In this document: positions 8,477 through 19,200 of the stretch, in pieces
Layout of the letters: each line of letters starts with the position of its first letter
Position numbering within the stretch: position 1 is the stretch's first letter
Assembly (NCBI GenBank): GCA_030650025.1
Contig: JAUSEN010000025.1
Span: 601 to 64,600 of the forward strand
DNA: 64,000 nt
DNA from: Candidatus Magasanikiibacteriota bacterium
GTDB taxonomy: Bacteria; Patescibacteriota; Patescibacteriia; Magasanikbacterales; GWA2-37-8
Reading direction: 5' to 3'
Position numbers and translations under genes: made by a program
The notes under the pieces: model-generated
Told to the model about the DNA's origin: nothing
Seen by the model: the letters and a program-made list of their open reading frames with translations, nothing else
The model's database searches: none

Positions 8477-11400
8477 TTATGTTGGTTCTTCTTCTTCAAC
8501 AGTTGGAGTAGACGGTATTGGCGGGGTAGTGGTTGTTGTGCCAGCGGGCCCAGCCCCTCCAGTTCCACCACCTTTACCGCCTCCGGTTCCACCGCTGGGT
8601 GGCCTACTGAACGTGACACGCATGTTCTCAGCCTGTTTAATGCTAGACTTCACTTCATCGGAAGCAGCTTTGGCTTTAGTTTTTGTCAGAACTTTTAGTG
8701 CTTCTTCCTGCTGTTTCGTTCTAGTGGCCAAAGCCTTTAATTGTTTTATTTCATCATCAATATATTTTATCATGCTTACCGCCACCTCATCGACACCGCC
8801 ACCAGCAATAGTTGTGCCCTCAATTCTCCCGTTTAAAATACCAGCTTCAGCTAGTTCCTTTTTAGTACCATGGCGAGCTCCATTGGCTAAAGCGACAGTC
8901 AAAAATTGATGTTCCATGGTCGCAAAAAAGTTTTCAATTGTACGGGCGACGCCTAAAACAGAGTCACCTTCACCAATCTGTTTTAAACGCTTTGCATCAC
9001 CACCGAGCATAACTTTACCATCTTTGCCTAGCTCACTATCTAAAGAAAGTAAATCTTTAGTTCTGTCTTGCGCTCTTTGGTTTAAAGAAGCAATGGTCGT
9101 AACTTGCACGATGTTAGAGGTGCTGAAACGTTCCTCGTCAATGGCTTTGTGCCCTGTTGCTCCATCCATTGTAGATACGGCGTGCGGCGTCATTTTTACG
9201 CTTTCGTTTTTCTTCTTTTGTTGCCTTTCAAAATCGACTTGTTCGGCGTGCGTTACAAAACGCATGAGGCCATCAACGCCACGACGCATAAAACCAGACT
9301 GTTGGAAATGCCCGCCTTGGACACCAGATCTTTGGAACTCGTCTTGCAAAGCGATAAGGCGACCTTGGTGCTTTACAAAAAAACTTTTAAAATCCTCTTC
9401 TTTCTGATAGGCCCCAATTTTTGGCGCCGCAGATGCAAAATATTTCTTTTGGGCATCCTCGTACGAAGTTCCATCGGCTGCTGCAACATCCAAAATTTTC
9501 TTATGCGTCATCACTAAATCAGTATCTCCACCTGAGACCGTATGGTAGGCAAGCAAGGCGTTGGTATCTCCACTATTAGTGCTGGTCCATTTGCCTTCCA
9601 TGTTTTTCTTGGCTATCCCCATTCTTTCCCAATCCGCTCGAAGCGCCAAAAGCTCTTGTCTTTGCTCTTCTTTGCCCGTCCCCACTGCAGATTCCCAAGC
9701 AGCAGGGGTATCGAGAATTTCAAATTTCTTCATGGCCGAACCAAGAACAGCATCATCTACATTACAACCACGGCCAGTTCCAAGCAAGGTAGCAAACCCG
9801 TTTAATGTTACCTGTTCGGCATCGATCTCATCTTGAAGGCTCTTAAATCCTGCGGGCGTCAATTTGCCATCATGGCGTTTTTTGGAAACTAAAGCCCAGT
9901 TTTGTAGCAAGTTATCGCCGCGACCTTCATCACCAGCGCGAGCCTGATCTTCGGATTCGGCCTTCGCATATTGCTCTTCACCGGACCGAGGTTTTCCATA
10001 ACCGCGGTATTTCATATCAACCAAAAGCATTTCTGAGTCGGATTCTACATCTTTTTTAAATAAAGCACTTAGCTTTTCTGAATTCGCAGACAAAGCGGAG
10101 TTCTTGGCAGCTTCTACATACCTGCGCAGTGCTACTGGTTGTTTTTGATCATCGATAAATGCTTTAACATCGTCACCATTTTTAAAATCTTCCATCTTTT
10201 TACGCGCCAAAAAGAATTGCTCCTTAACGTGTTCACTCTTAATATGCTTCCCGTAGTTCTCGGCCGTGGAAATTTCAATTTCAGCATCGGCTAATCTCTT
10301 AATGATAGCAGTGCCCTCTGGTTCCCGAGCAAAATCCTTTTGCTTTTCCGATTCCATCGCACTGATTTCCTTTTCAAACAATCCTTGTCTGGCTTTCAGT
10401 TTAGCTTCTTCCTCAAGTTCGTGCTGCCCTTTTGAACCAGCAAAAAACTCTTTCTCTTTCTCCTTCTTCACCGTCTCTAACTTCTTCTCTTCCAAATGCG
10501 CCGCTTTTTCGCTTTCAATCGTCTTCACAATTTCCTTCAAGCCTTCGGGCAGTTTGGTGGCGATTTGGGTCATGGCCTCGCCTTCCACGCGCTTAAATTC
10601 GGCTTCTTGAGTTTTAACGCGAAGATCAGCCAAAATTTTAGCTTGCAAAGATTGCTGGCCCTTCTTACTTTGAGCAAACTTATTTTTGGCAGCGGCGGTG
10701 ATTAGCTTGCTACCAGCTTCGGTAGCTTCGGCACGGCCTTCGTGGCCAGCAATTTGGTCGGCCATTGATTCTTTCCAATCTTGGAAACGGCCATCTTTAA
10801 AACGCGCGTTTCCTAAAACAAGCTTCTCACCGACTGCTTTATATTCACGAGTTTTGGCTTGGGAGCGTTTGCCTTCGGCTTCGAGCTCGCCTTGTTCAAT
10901 ACGGTCTTCGGCATTCACCATAGGACCTTCGAACCTTTGGAAGAAATGCGTGGGGATACCGGTGGTGCGCTTCATCATTAATTCATCGCGCACTTTGGCC
11001 TGGTTCTCGGTTTTTTCCAAACGCTTTTTGCTTTCTAAAACCTGGCCATAACTGCTATTGGCCCAGCGTTGGAAAAAGCCGCGGCTGCCTTTCCCCTCTT
11101 CAAAATCATATCCAACGTCTTCTTTTCTAATTTGTCTTATTGTACGTGCGTCCTCTCTGTTCGTGGTTGTACCTTTGCCATCCTTTGTTTTATAGAGCTT
11201 GTCCCCATTCCTATCCCTCAAAACTTTGCCGTTTTCATCTGTAGCCTCCTCTGCGACATCTTCAGTTTCATAAACTGCCTCACTTTTTTCTATGGTCGCT
11301 TTTCCTTCCTTATTTTTATAGAGTGTATTGCCGTCTTTGTCTACGGCGGCGCGCGCCAATCTTTCGTCTGTGGTTTCGTTACCACGAGCATCATAATAAA

Positions 11401-13099
11401 CAGCCTTACCCTCTTCATCAACTTTCGCTTTGCCCCCTTCAATTACAGCGTCTTTAATCGCAGCTAGAACTGGTTCAAATTTTCTAGCAAAATCATAACG
11501 GTCGGACCCGTCGTCATTTTTTACCCTAATAAGCTGGCCATTGTTGGCGGCTTTGGCAGCCTCGATGTCGGTGGTGCCTTTGGTTTCATACAAAAATTTG
11601 CCTTTGCCGTCGCGAGCTTGAACCAGCTGGTCGTTTTCCTTCTTAGCTAAGGCTTCGTCGGTAGTAGTACCACCGCCTTCAGCTCGCTCATAAACTTTTT
11701 TCTGAGATAATTGGTAAACGGCCTCTTTCTTTTTGCGCGGGCCGCCGCGCGCCCAATCGTCGTAGCCAGCTTTTTGGCGTTTGGCAAAATCGCCGAGCAT
11801 TGTCCAGCGGTCTTTGAGGCGCAGGATTGGTGCCCGCGTAGCCAAGAAGCCTAAACCGCCGAGAGTAGCCGCGCCCGCGGCTTTAATACCACCCGCGCCC
11901 TTTTCGTAGAGCCAGCGGCCAGCCACATAGCCGGTCGCGATGGTGGCGACTTTCTTGCCAAAGCTCGAGACCGCGGTTAAAGCCGAGCCCGAGGAGCCGC
12001 CAATTTGCGAAGCTACTTGCGCGCCAGCTAAAAGCATGCCAATCGCGATTACAAAATTGGCCATTTTATTCCACTTGAGCGAATCGCCAATACCAGCGCT
12101 TTGGAAGTCGCCTGGTAAACTTTCACCAGCGCCTAAAATAGTGGCATCGTCTTGAATTTTATTTACGTCCGGAATGCTGGAATAGGCCGCGATTTGCGAG
12201 TTAACATCGCCATTAGTGAGCGACACGAAGGAAAGCCAGATAAAAAAGAGCAAAACCGGGCCGGTGACTAAATCATCGCCAAACTCGGTCCACCACTGGC
12301 TAGAAAATTTTTGCGTAAGAGGAATGGCGCTTAAAACAAAAGCCAGAGGCGAGAGCACGATTAAAACCCAGAGGCGGACCAGCCGAGCGGTCAGCATGAA
12401 GACAAAAATGGCTAGAGTCATCATGAGCATGCCGGCAAAAACCGCGGCCGCGACGCTCGCGGTAAACACGCCGGGCTCGGTTATATTCGAGCCCTCGGTA
12501 GTGCCTTTAAAACGCCAAATACTGCCGAGGTTAAACATGTTGATGAGGTTGCCGCCAGCGGTCGCGACAATGCCATTCACAAACGTGTTCATGACGATTT
12601 GGGAAGCGTCAATAAACAAGCCACAGATAATCCGGCTGAAGTTAACCAAAATGGCGGCCAAGACAAATTTAACGATTAATTTTTTCCACTCATACTGCTC
12701 GATGCCGAGGATGGTGCCGAAAGCGATGATAAGCAAAACTACCACGAAGAACATGTTGGTAATATCGCGCACCATGACCCAGCCAATGTTGACGGTCGTG
12801 GAATCGAGGTAGCCGTTGTAAGCGGAAATTTGAATAATAAAAGCCAAAAAGAACAGAGCGAGGCGGATCATCCACTGGGCAAAGGTGAGAAGAAGCGTGG
12901 AAACAATTTTGAGAAACCAATTGGGGTTAGAGAGGGCGGTTTGAAGCTGTTCTAATTCTGAGCCAGCAGTGGCCTGGTGCGGTAAAATCACGGTCACAAA
13001 AAGCGCCAGGCACAGAGCGGCCGCCAAAAACCAGAGCGCGCGCTTGTGGCTGACTCTGGCTTCGATGCGATTAACGAGTTTTAGAAAATACTGCTTCAT
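8477..13099 (-). CDS. Giant VirB6/TrbL-like polytopic membrane protein with a long charged, repeat-containing C-terminal extension.
   Basis: The N-terminal 400 aa or so carry multiple TM helices. Next come roughly 6 degenerate (D/N)G..LYKTK(D/E)GK repeats, then a K/E-rich coiled-coil and a Gly/Thr/Pro-rich tail. The start is placed at MKQYFLK (13097-13099), because the upstream ATG at 13118-13120 lies inside the hairpin element. An alternative start is 13120. Confidence 0.6.
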   Translation of the reverse strand: MKQYFLKLVNRIEARVSHKRALWFLAAALCLALFVTVILPHQATAGSELEQLQTALSNPNWFLKIVSTLLLTFAQWMIRLALFFLAFIIQISAYNGYLDSTTVNIGWVMVRDITNMFFVVVLLIIAFGTILGIEQYEWKKLIVKFVLAAILVNFSRIICGLFIDASQIVMNTFVNGIVATAGGNLINMFNLGSIWRFKGTTEGSNITEPGVFTASVAAAVFAGMLMMTLAIFVFMLTARLVRLWVLIVLSPLAFVLSAIPLTQKFSSQWWTEFGDDLVTGPVLLFFIWLSFVSLTNGDVNSQIAAYSSIPDVNKIQDDATILGAGESLPGDFQSAGIGDSLKWNKMANFVIAIGMLLAGAQVASQIGGSSGSALTAVSSFGKKVATIATGYVAGRWLYEKGAGGIKAAGAATLGGLGFLATRAPILRLKDRWTMLGDFAKRQKAGYDDWARGGPRKKKEAVYQLSQKKVYERAEGGGTTTDEALAKKENDQLVQARDGKGKFLYETKGTTDIEAAKAANNGQLIRVKNDDGSDRYDFARKFEPVLAAIKDAVIEGGKAKVDEEGKAVYYDARGNETTDERLARAAVDKDGNTLYKNKEGKATIEKSEAVYETEDVAEEATDENGKVLRDRNGDKLYKTKDGKGTTTNREDARTIRQIRKEDVGYDFEEGKGSRGFFQRWANSSYGQVLESKKRLEKTENQAKVRDELMMKRTTGIPTHFFQRFEGPMVNAEDRIEQGELEAEGKRSQAKTREYKAVGEKLVLGNARFKDGRFQDWKESMADQIAGHEGRAEATEAGSKLITAAAKNKFAQSKKGQQSLQAKILADLRVKTQEAEFKRVEGEAMTQIATKLPEGLKEIVKTIESEKAAHLEEKKLETVKKEKEKEFFAGSKGQHELEEEAKLKARQGLFEKEISAMESEKQKDFAREPEGTAIIKRLADAEIEISTAENYGKHIKSEHVKEQFFLARKKMEDFKNGDDVKAFIDDQKQPVALRRYVEAAKNSALSANSEKLSALFKKDVESDSEMLLVDMKYRGYGKPRSGEEQYAKAESEDQARAGDEGRGDNLLQNWALVSKKRHDGKLTPAGFKSLQDEIDAEQVTLNGFATLLGTGRGCNVDDAVLGSAMKKFEILDTPAAWESAVGTGKEEQRQELLALRADWERMGIAKKNMEGKWTSTNSGDTNALLAYHTVSGGDTDLVMTHKKILDVAAADGTSYEDAQKKYFASAAPKIGAYQKEEDFKSFFVKHQGRLIALQDEFQRSGVQGGHFQQSGFMRRGVDGLMRFVTHAEQVDFERQQKKKNESVKMTPHAVSTMDGATGHKAIDEERFSTSNIVQVTTIASLNQRAQDRTKDLLSLDSELGKDGKVMLGGDAKRLKQIGEGDSVLGVARTIENFFATMEHQFLTVALANGARHGTKKELAEAGILNGRIEGTTIAGGGVDEVAVSMIKYIDDEIKQLKALATRTKQQEEALKVLTKTKAKAASDEVKSSIKQAENMRVTFSRPPSGGTGGGKGGGTGGAGPAGTTTTTPPIPSTPTVEEEEPT

Positions 13100-13114
13100 T
13101 TTATTTATTTTACC

Positions 13115-13194
13115 TGTCATCTTGAGCGAAGCGAAAGATCTAAGCGTATATTTGGCAAACTTGACTTAGATTCTTCGCTCTGCTCAGAATGACA
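13115..13194. repeat. Intergenic MITE-like long hairpin element, copy B.
   Basis: Same arm sequences as 4301-4380 with a different loop. It overlaps the most upstream ATG of the VirB6-like ORF. Confidence 0.7.
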
Positions 13195-13218
13195 ATCGTG
13201 ATAATATAATATTAACTC

Positions 13219-16200
13219 TTATTCAGTAGGTTTAACGTATAATTTGCCTCCAAAATTGACCCAAGGCAAGGGCGAGTTCGGGTCAGCGCATTGATCGGGC
13301 CCAGCGCCGTCATTACCATCGTAACAGCCACTGCCTACGTTTCCTAAACAAGAACCGGCACACCAGCCCCAATTGTCTTTAACTTGCACCCGGGGTTTAT
13401 AAATACAACAGCCTTCGGGGAAGCGTTCGGGCAAACGGCCGCAGTCACTCGAGCTCGGGTGATAGGTTTTGTCGCCTTTAACACACTGGTAGTCGTGTTC
13501 GAATTGGAAATAAGAGTTGTCGCAAGAACGGTTTACAATCAAGCCAAATTCCGCCGCGGAATTTTCGGGCACGCATTGGCTAACCGTGGGGCAGCCCGGG
13601 TTTTGGTACGAGCAAGATAACTTGGTTGTGCCATCAGCCGCCAATACCGGAGCGCCGCTCGGAGTTTTACAGTTGCCGGGAGTAACTTTATCCGGAGCCG
13701 AGCAAATTGTCTGCACTTGTCCGCGCTGGTTGCGGAAAGCGCCTAGCCCAGGGTCGGTTACCATACCATCGCCCCAGTCCACCTTAATTTGGCGAATAGG
13801 CATTTGTTCTTTATACGCGGCCGCGTAAAAACGGGTGGTGGCGCGCTCGGCATAGTCGCCAAACAGATAGATGTCGCCGGTTGAGGTGTTGTTCACGCTA
13901 ATCGCGCCCGGGGCGCCTTCAATACAGTTGGCATCTTGGTCTGCCTCGGCGCAATTGACGGCGTAGACAGTGGGGGCTTTCGGGGTAACGCCATTGAGGC
14001 CGGTTCTAGTTATATTAAAGGTTGGCGCCAGGCCGCTAGTTAAATATTGCGAACCATTAAAATCATAAATATCAAAGACTTTGGCAAATAACTGAATTAC
14101 GTTGGTTCGGCCGGTAATGCCAACACCTACTTTGGCAAAATCTATGGCATTAGTGATTAAGTTTACGTCCTTATCGCCATCGTAACCAGGGCAAGCCCCG
14201 CCCAAACCGTCTTTACAACTATAGGGGTAGCCGGGCGTTAGCAAAACCGACTTATTTTTATCACCCGTATCTCTGTATACTTCGCCAAGCTTATCGTAAT
14301 TACACTCCCCGACATTAGGCGGGCATTGGTATTTGCTGGCGTCTTTTGGATCTTTACCAATTTTGTCGGCTTTAGTAAATAAAATAGTTTCGAATTTGTC
14401 AGCCGGGTTGCCAGTCGCGAGCGCGCCGAACGGCTCGGGTTTGGTGGTGTAATTGACCAGTGTCAGGTTGCCGTTGTTGTCCTTATCATATTTTAAATTA
14501 GAAACAACATATTGGCTTTTATTGGCATTGCCAATCCACAAACGGTCTGTCCAAGCTACCGCGCTAATCGGGTCAGTATAATTTACTTTGGCGCTAACCA
14601 CCGATTTACACCATTCTTTAAATTTGAAAAAGACGTGATATCCTACGCTACCACTACCAGGAGAATCGTCGCAATATGCTGTGTAATAACCCAAAAATGC
14701 GTGTGTAGCCGGGTCGAACCTAACTCTGATAGCATGCCAATTGCCTCCACACCTGCCTGGCAAAGAGTTACATTCTTGGTGGGGGGCATCATCTTTAGCG
14801 CCACTGGGGCAAATCTGGCTTCCCTTAACCCTGGTTGACCAAATACCAATATTTTCGGAGCCATTATTTTCTTGGCTCGGCAATTCCACGCCGCTCGCAT
14901 ACATCTTGCTCCCAAAAATATTTCCGCTAAAAGCGTTACAGCTGTTTTTATTCTGGCCATTGTAGGCATAACAAAAATCACCAACTGTCCCTGGCGTGTT
15001 AGGCTGGGCATCGTTAGGAATGCCATCGCTAGGGCTAGTAAAAATATATGGGAAAGTGCTACCCTCATGCTTGTGAGCACTGCTATAAGCAATAACCCAG
15101 TCAGTGCCTCTGCCCATATATTTACCAGCCACAGCCACACCTGGCCGGTAAGCATTATCATTAGCCCCGCCACCTTGAATTGTGATTGCTCGATAATAAG
15201 ACTGGTAGACAGTTTTATTTTTATTAGGGTCATTAGGCCAGATGCTAAAGGTAGCATCGTTGGCTGGGTCTTGGCTGTCTCCGCTCGTCACTTTAAAATC
15301 AATTCTTTCCACGTCTTCCATAATAACACCAATTTCATTGTCAACCGGTTGTACGAAAGAACGTGAAAATTGCCCAAGATTGTCGTTCTCCCAGGGGGCA
15401 GTACCACGACTGGAAAGAATTCCTAACCCAATTCCCATTCTACGAGTATAAAAATTCTTCGCCGAAGTACCATCGGGATCAGCTGGAGTCTCCCAGTCTA
15501 CCACTTTGCCATTGCCCGCTCCGTTTGAAGCTAAGCAGTACAGCGGAGCACCTTGATAACCCGCGTCAGTATGCTGATTATTAACATCCGCCGCGCCGTT
15601 GAGAGTATCCACCGGCCACCAGGTGAGGCAGGGGTGTTCGCTTGGGAGGCCGTTCAGGGGACGGGAAATATCCGGCTCCAGGCAATAGCCACTCCAGCCC
15701 AGGTGCGGGTCAACGCGTTTAAGTTTTTGGCAAGCGCCATCAATTGATGATATGTCACCTTTGTCTTTCTCGAAAATATTATCTTTATTAATTTCTATCT
15801 TATGACAGTCCCTGTCGGCTTCGCAATCCATACCATCGCGATCCCCTCCTTGGCAGAGGCCTTTGGGCACTTCGCCCGGTTGATTGCCCAAAATCCCCAA
15901 TGGAATTTTGGAGTTTTTGGAATTAATGACAATGGGAACTTGGTTAGGCCGCGCGTAGTTCCAAAATTTATTGATAAAATCGCCATACTGGGCGCGAGTA
16001 TAGTTACATTCGCAGAGGTTGGCAGTGAGCTTCCAGGAGGAGGGCAAATTGCCTTCGTTGCAGTAATTGACGCCTTTAAATAAGTTGGTGGCTTTGGCAA
16101 TGCTCGGCTGGTTCGGGAAGGGCGAGTCCTGCTCGGGGTACGCGCGGCAAATTTGCGAGGGCGCGCTATCCATGAGGCGCACATCGGGGAGGCCCCCGGG

Positions 16201-19200
16201 GGTCGCGACGCATACGCCGCTCCTAGCGCAAACGCCAGGTTGCGCGGCAGTGCCGCACGGCGCGAGCTCCTTGCAAGGAACATTAAATTCGCCCCCTAAA
16301 TCGCACTCCGAGAGATCACTCGGCACGCAGGCTGAATCCGTGGAAGTGGGGCTTTTGTTAACGCAAATCTTGTCGCCGCCAATGCTTTTATCGCCGCCGC
16401 AGGCGACTACTTTTACTAAACGCCAGGCCGGAGTCGAGGTGGGGTTATTAATATTGATTTGGCGCAAGGTTTCAATCGGGAGAGTGTTCAGGAGGGAATA
16501 ACCCGAATAATCCTGGCCAGTCCAGCCGACGTTACGCGTGACATAGACAGATTCGTCTAAGACACGAGGAGGAGGGTCGTTAATTTTGTAGGTAACCCAA
16601 TGGGCGCAAGTAGCATAAGAGCCTTTGGCCTTGCTGGGCAGAGCCCGGTCGCAACGAGCCACCTGGTCGCAGACTTTCTTAAAATTGCCAGTATTCTGGT
16701 CGCGCACGGTGTGCGAAGAGACGCACTGGATCCACTCGCCGCACATCCGGTCCTGTTTTACTTGAATAATAATGTTAGAATCATTGCCATTCGGGTCCGA
16801 AGCGGCCGGGACTAAATTGCCGTCCTTGTTTTCGCTATTTTTGTAACTTAAATCCGTGGACCAATATTTGTTGGGATTATCGGTTTTTTCAAACAGCGCG
16901 CAACCATATTTTTGGCTGGCCTGCCCCGCGCAATCGCCAGCCGAGATTTTTTTGTTATTTATAAAATAATGGCGCTCGTCATTGTCCGCGTGATCCACAA
17001 ACTCGGTGCACTGGTTCCACTCGTCCGGGCAAGAACCGACAAAATTTTGATAAGTTGACGTAGCGCCATAGGACCACAGGCCGTAAACCCCGTCCGCGTC
17101 AAGATATGATGGGTAGCACGGGACATTGGCCGCGAGGTCGCAAGAGTCGCCACCGCCGCAATCCGTATTCTTAACACAAAGGGCAGAGCTTTTTTTACAG
17201 TAACCAACTCCCTCTCTAAACCAGCCGCTATTTTTGGAAACAATATTTCTGACTTTCACATCCACATCCGCGCGATATTGGCAAAGGCCCTGCCCGCTTT
17301 GGAGAGGGTCTTTAAAGTAAAAGTCACCGCCGGCATTATCTTTATATTGGCCGCAAAAGAGCGCTTCCGCGTAGCAGAGCTGGTCGTTATACTCGGCCGG
17401 ACTATTTTTAATGGTGGTGGTAACATATTCAGGGCCGGTCGGAGTGTCTTTTAGTTTGCCGGCGTACATACAGCCTAAATCCGGCTCGGTGCAAGTGGCC
17501 CCTTTATTGGCTACTAAAAAGATGGGCGCGGTGGAAGAAGTGTCCGCGGGGACAGTGACAGTCGAAGTCACAACCGTGCCGCCGCCGTTTTGAATCGCGA
17601 TTAGAGAGAATTCCGCGGGAACGGTTTTAATATAACAACCGCTCCGCCCCACTTCGATCTGGCACTTGGGGTTTTTCTGGCCGAGTTTAAGATCTAGTGT
17701 TTTCCATGCCCCAGATAACCCGGGCATCCAAATATTATAATAGCGTTCGCCAGTGTCGCCCAAGGTATTAAAGCTGTCAATGACGCCAACACAGCCAATG
17801 GCATTTTCTCGGCACAAAAAGCTAAAGCCAGTGAGATTCACGCGTTGACCAACCGGGTTAGAATAAGCGCGGCAACCAAGCGCCGCCCCTGGCAAGTTAT
17901 CGTCCGTATTATCGTCGCAAGCAGAGCTGACTTTAAGGGTATTTTTCTTGATAAATATATTTTCAGCCACTTCCACTAACCTAACATTGTCTAAATATAT
18001 ACTGCCATTTTGGGTGAGAGCAAAGGCTAATCTAAAATTAGTGGTAGCAGGGTTATTGCCATTTGGAGTTAATTCCACCGGCCCTAAACTATAGTAATTC
18101 CAGGTGTCGCCAAGGCTAAGCGTGCCAAAAGCTTTGGTATATAAGCCATCGGCGGAATCCAGGCGTATATCAGTGGCAACGCCGCTGCCCTTGGCCCAAA
18201 AGCTAAGAATATAGGTATTGCCAGAAGCCAGTTCTAATTTTTTAAATACCTGGCCGGCTCCGGAATACCCGAGAGATTGGCCGGCGGGCTGGGTGGACTC
18301 GCGGGTGATGCTTATAGAACCACCCAAAATTGCCCAATCTTTTAAGAGAGCGGGCGTATTGGTGGCAATGTCGCTAAGTTCAAAAGTGTTTGGAAAATCA
18401 GCCATTACTTTGACATTATTGCCGGCGTTGCCTTTGTACTCGCGACAGCTATTGGCAGTCTCGGCGCAAGCGCGGCTCTCGCCAGCGCTATTCTTAGCGT
18501 CTTTAGGCAAACCATAGTAGTAGCACTGGCCATCTTTATATTCGCCGCTTTGGAAGCAGACCTGGCAGATATTGTCGGTTTTATTCCAAAACCCGTGGTA
18601 GATGCCGTTCTCTTCAGTGCAAGTGTTCTCGTTAATAGCGGGCACATTGTAAAGCTCGGTATTATTTAGCCGGTAACGCTGGCAAGAATCCGTAACCGGA
18701 ATAAGTCTAGAAAGCAAGCGATAAAAAACCCGGCCGCGGTCGTCGTTAAACTGGCGGCAATCCGGGTCAAAGGTTGGATTTTGGCTTTGCGCTTTATAAA
18801 CTGCTTCAGAGCAGAGGTCGGCAAACTTCTGGCGATCCGCCAAAGTGCCATATAAATATTTAGGCGCGCCAATTTGATTATTAGGGTTATTGATAATTGG
18901 TAAATTGTCTTCAACAGCAATGTTCTCTACCAAGCGATAGGTTTTAAGCTGAATACCGGTAAGAGCCGTGCTTTCGTAAGTAATGAAATTTTTGCCAGTA
19001 TTGACGCTGGAAGGAACGCAGGCGCGCAGATGCGTAAAATAATCCACCTGTTCCACTTGGTCTCCGGTAATATTGCCCACATTGGTAAACCCGGTACAGC
19101 CGGCGTCAGCAGGGGCGCAGGCTTCGCCGGAAGAGGGAATAATATAAGCCACATCTTGCCCGCCAGAGAAATTGCTGGGCATTTCGCGGTAACTGTCATA

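Noticed and set aside
8448-11467. Plus-strand ORFs (Pro-rich 153 aa at 8448-8909 and others) antisense to the VirB6-like gene.
   Set aside because: They are antisense shadows of a long, clearly coding minus-strand frame.
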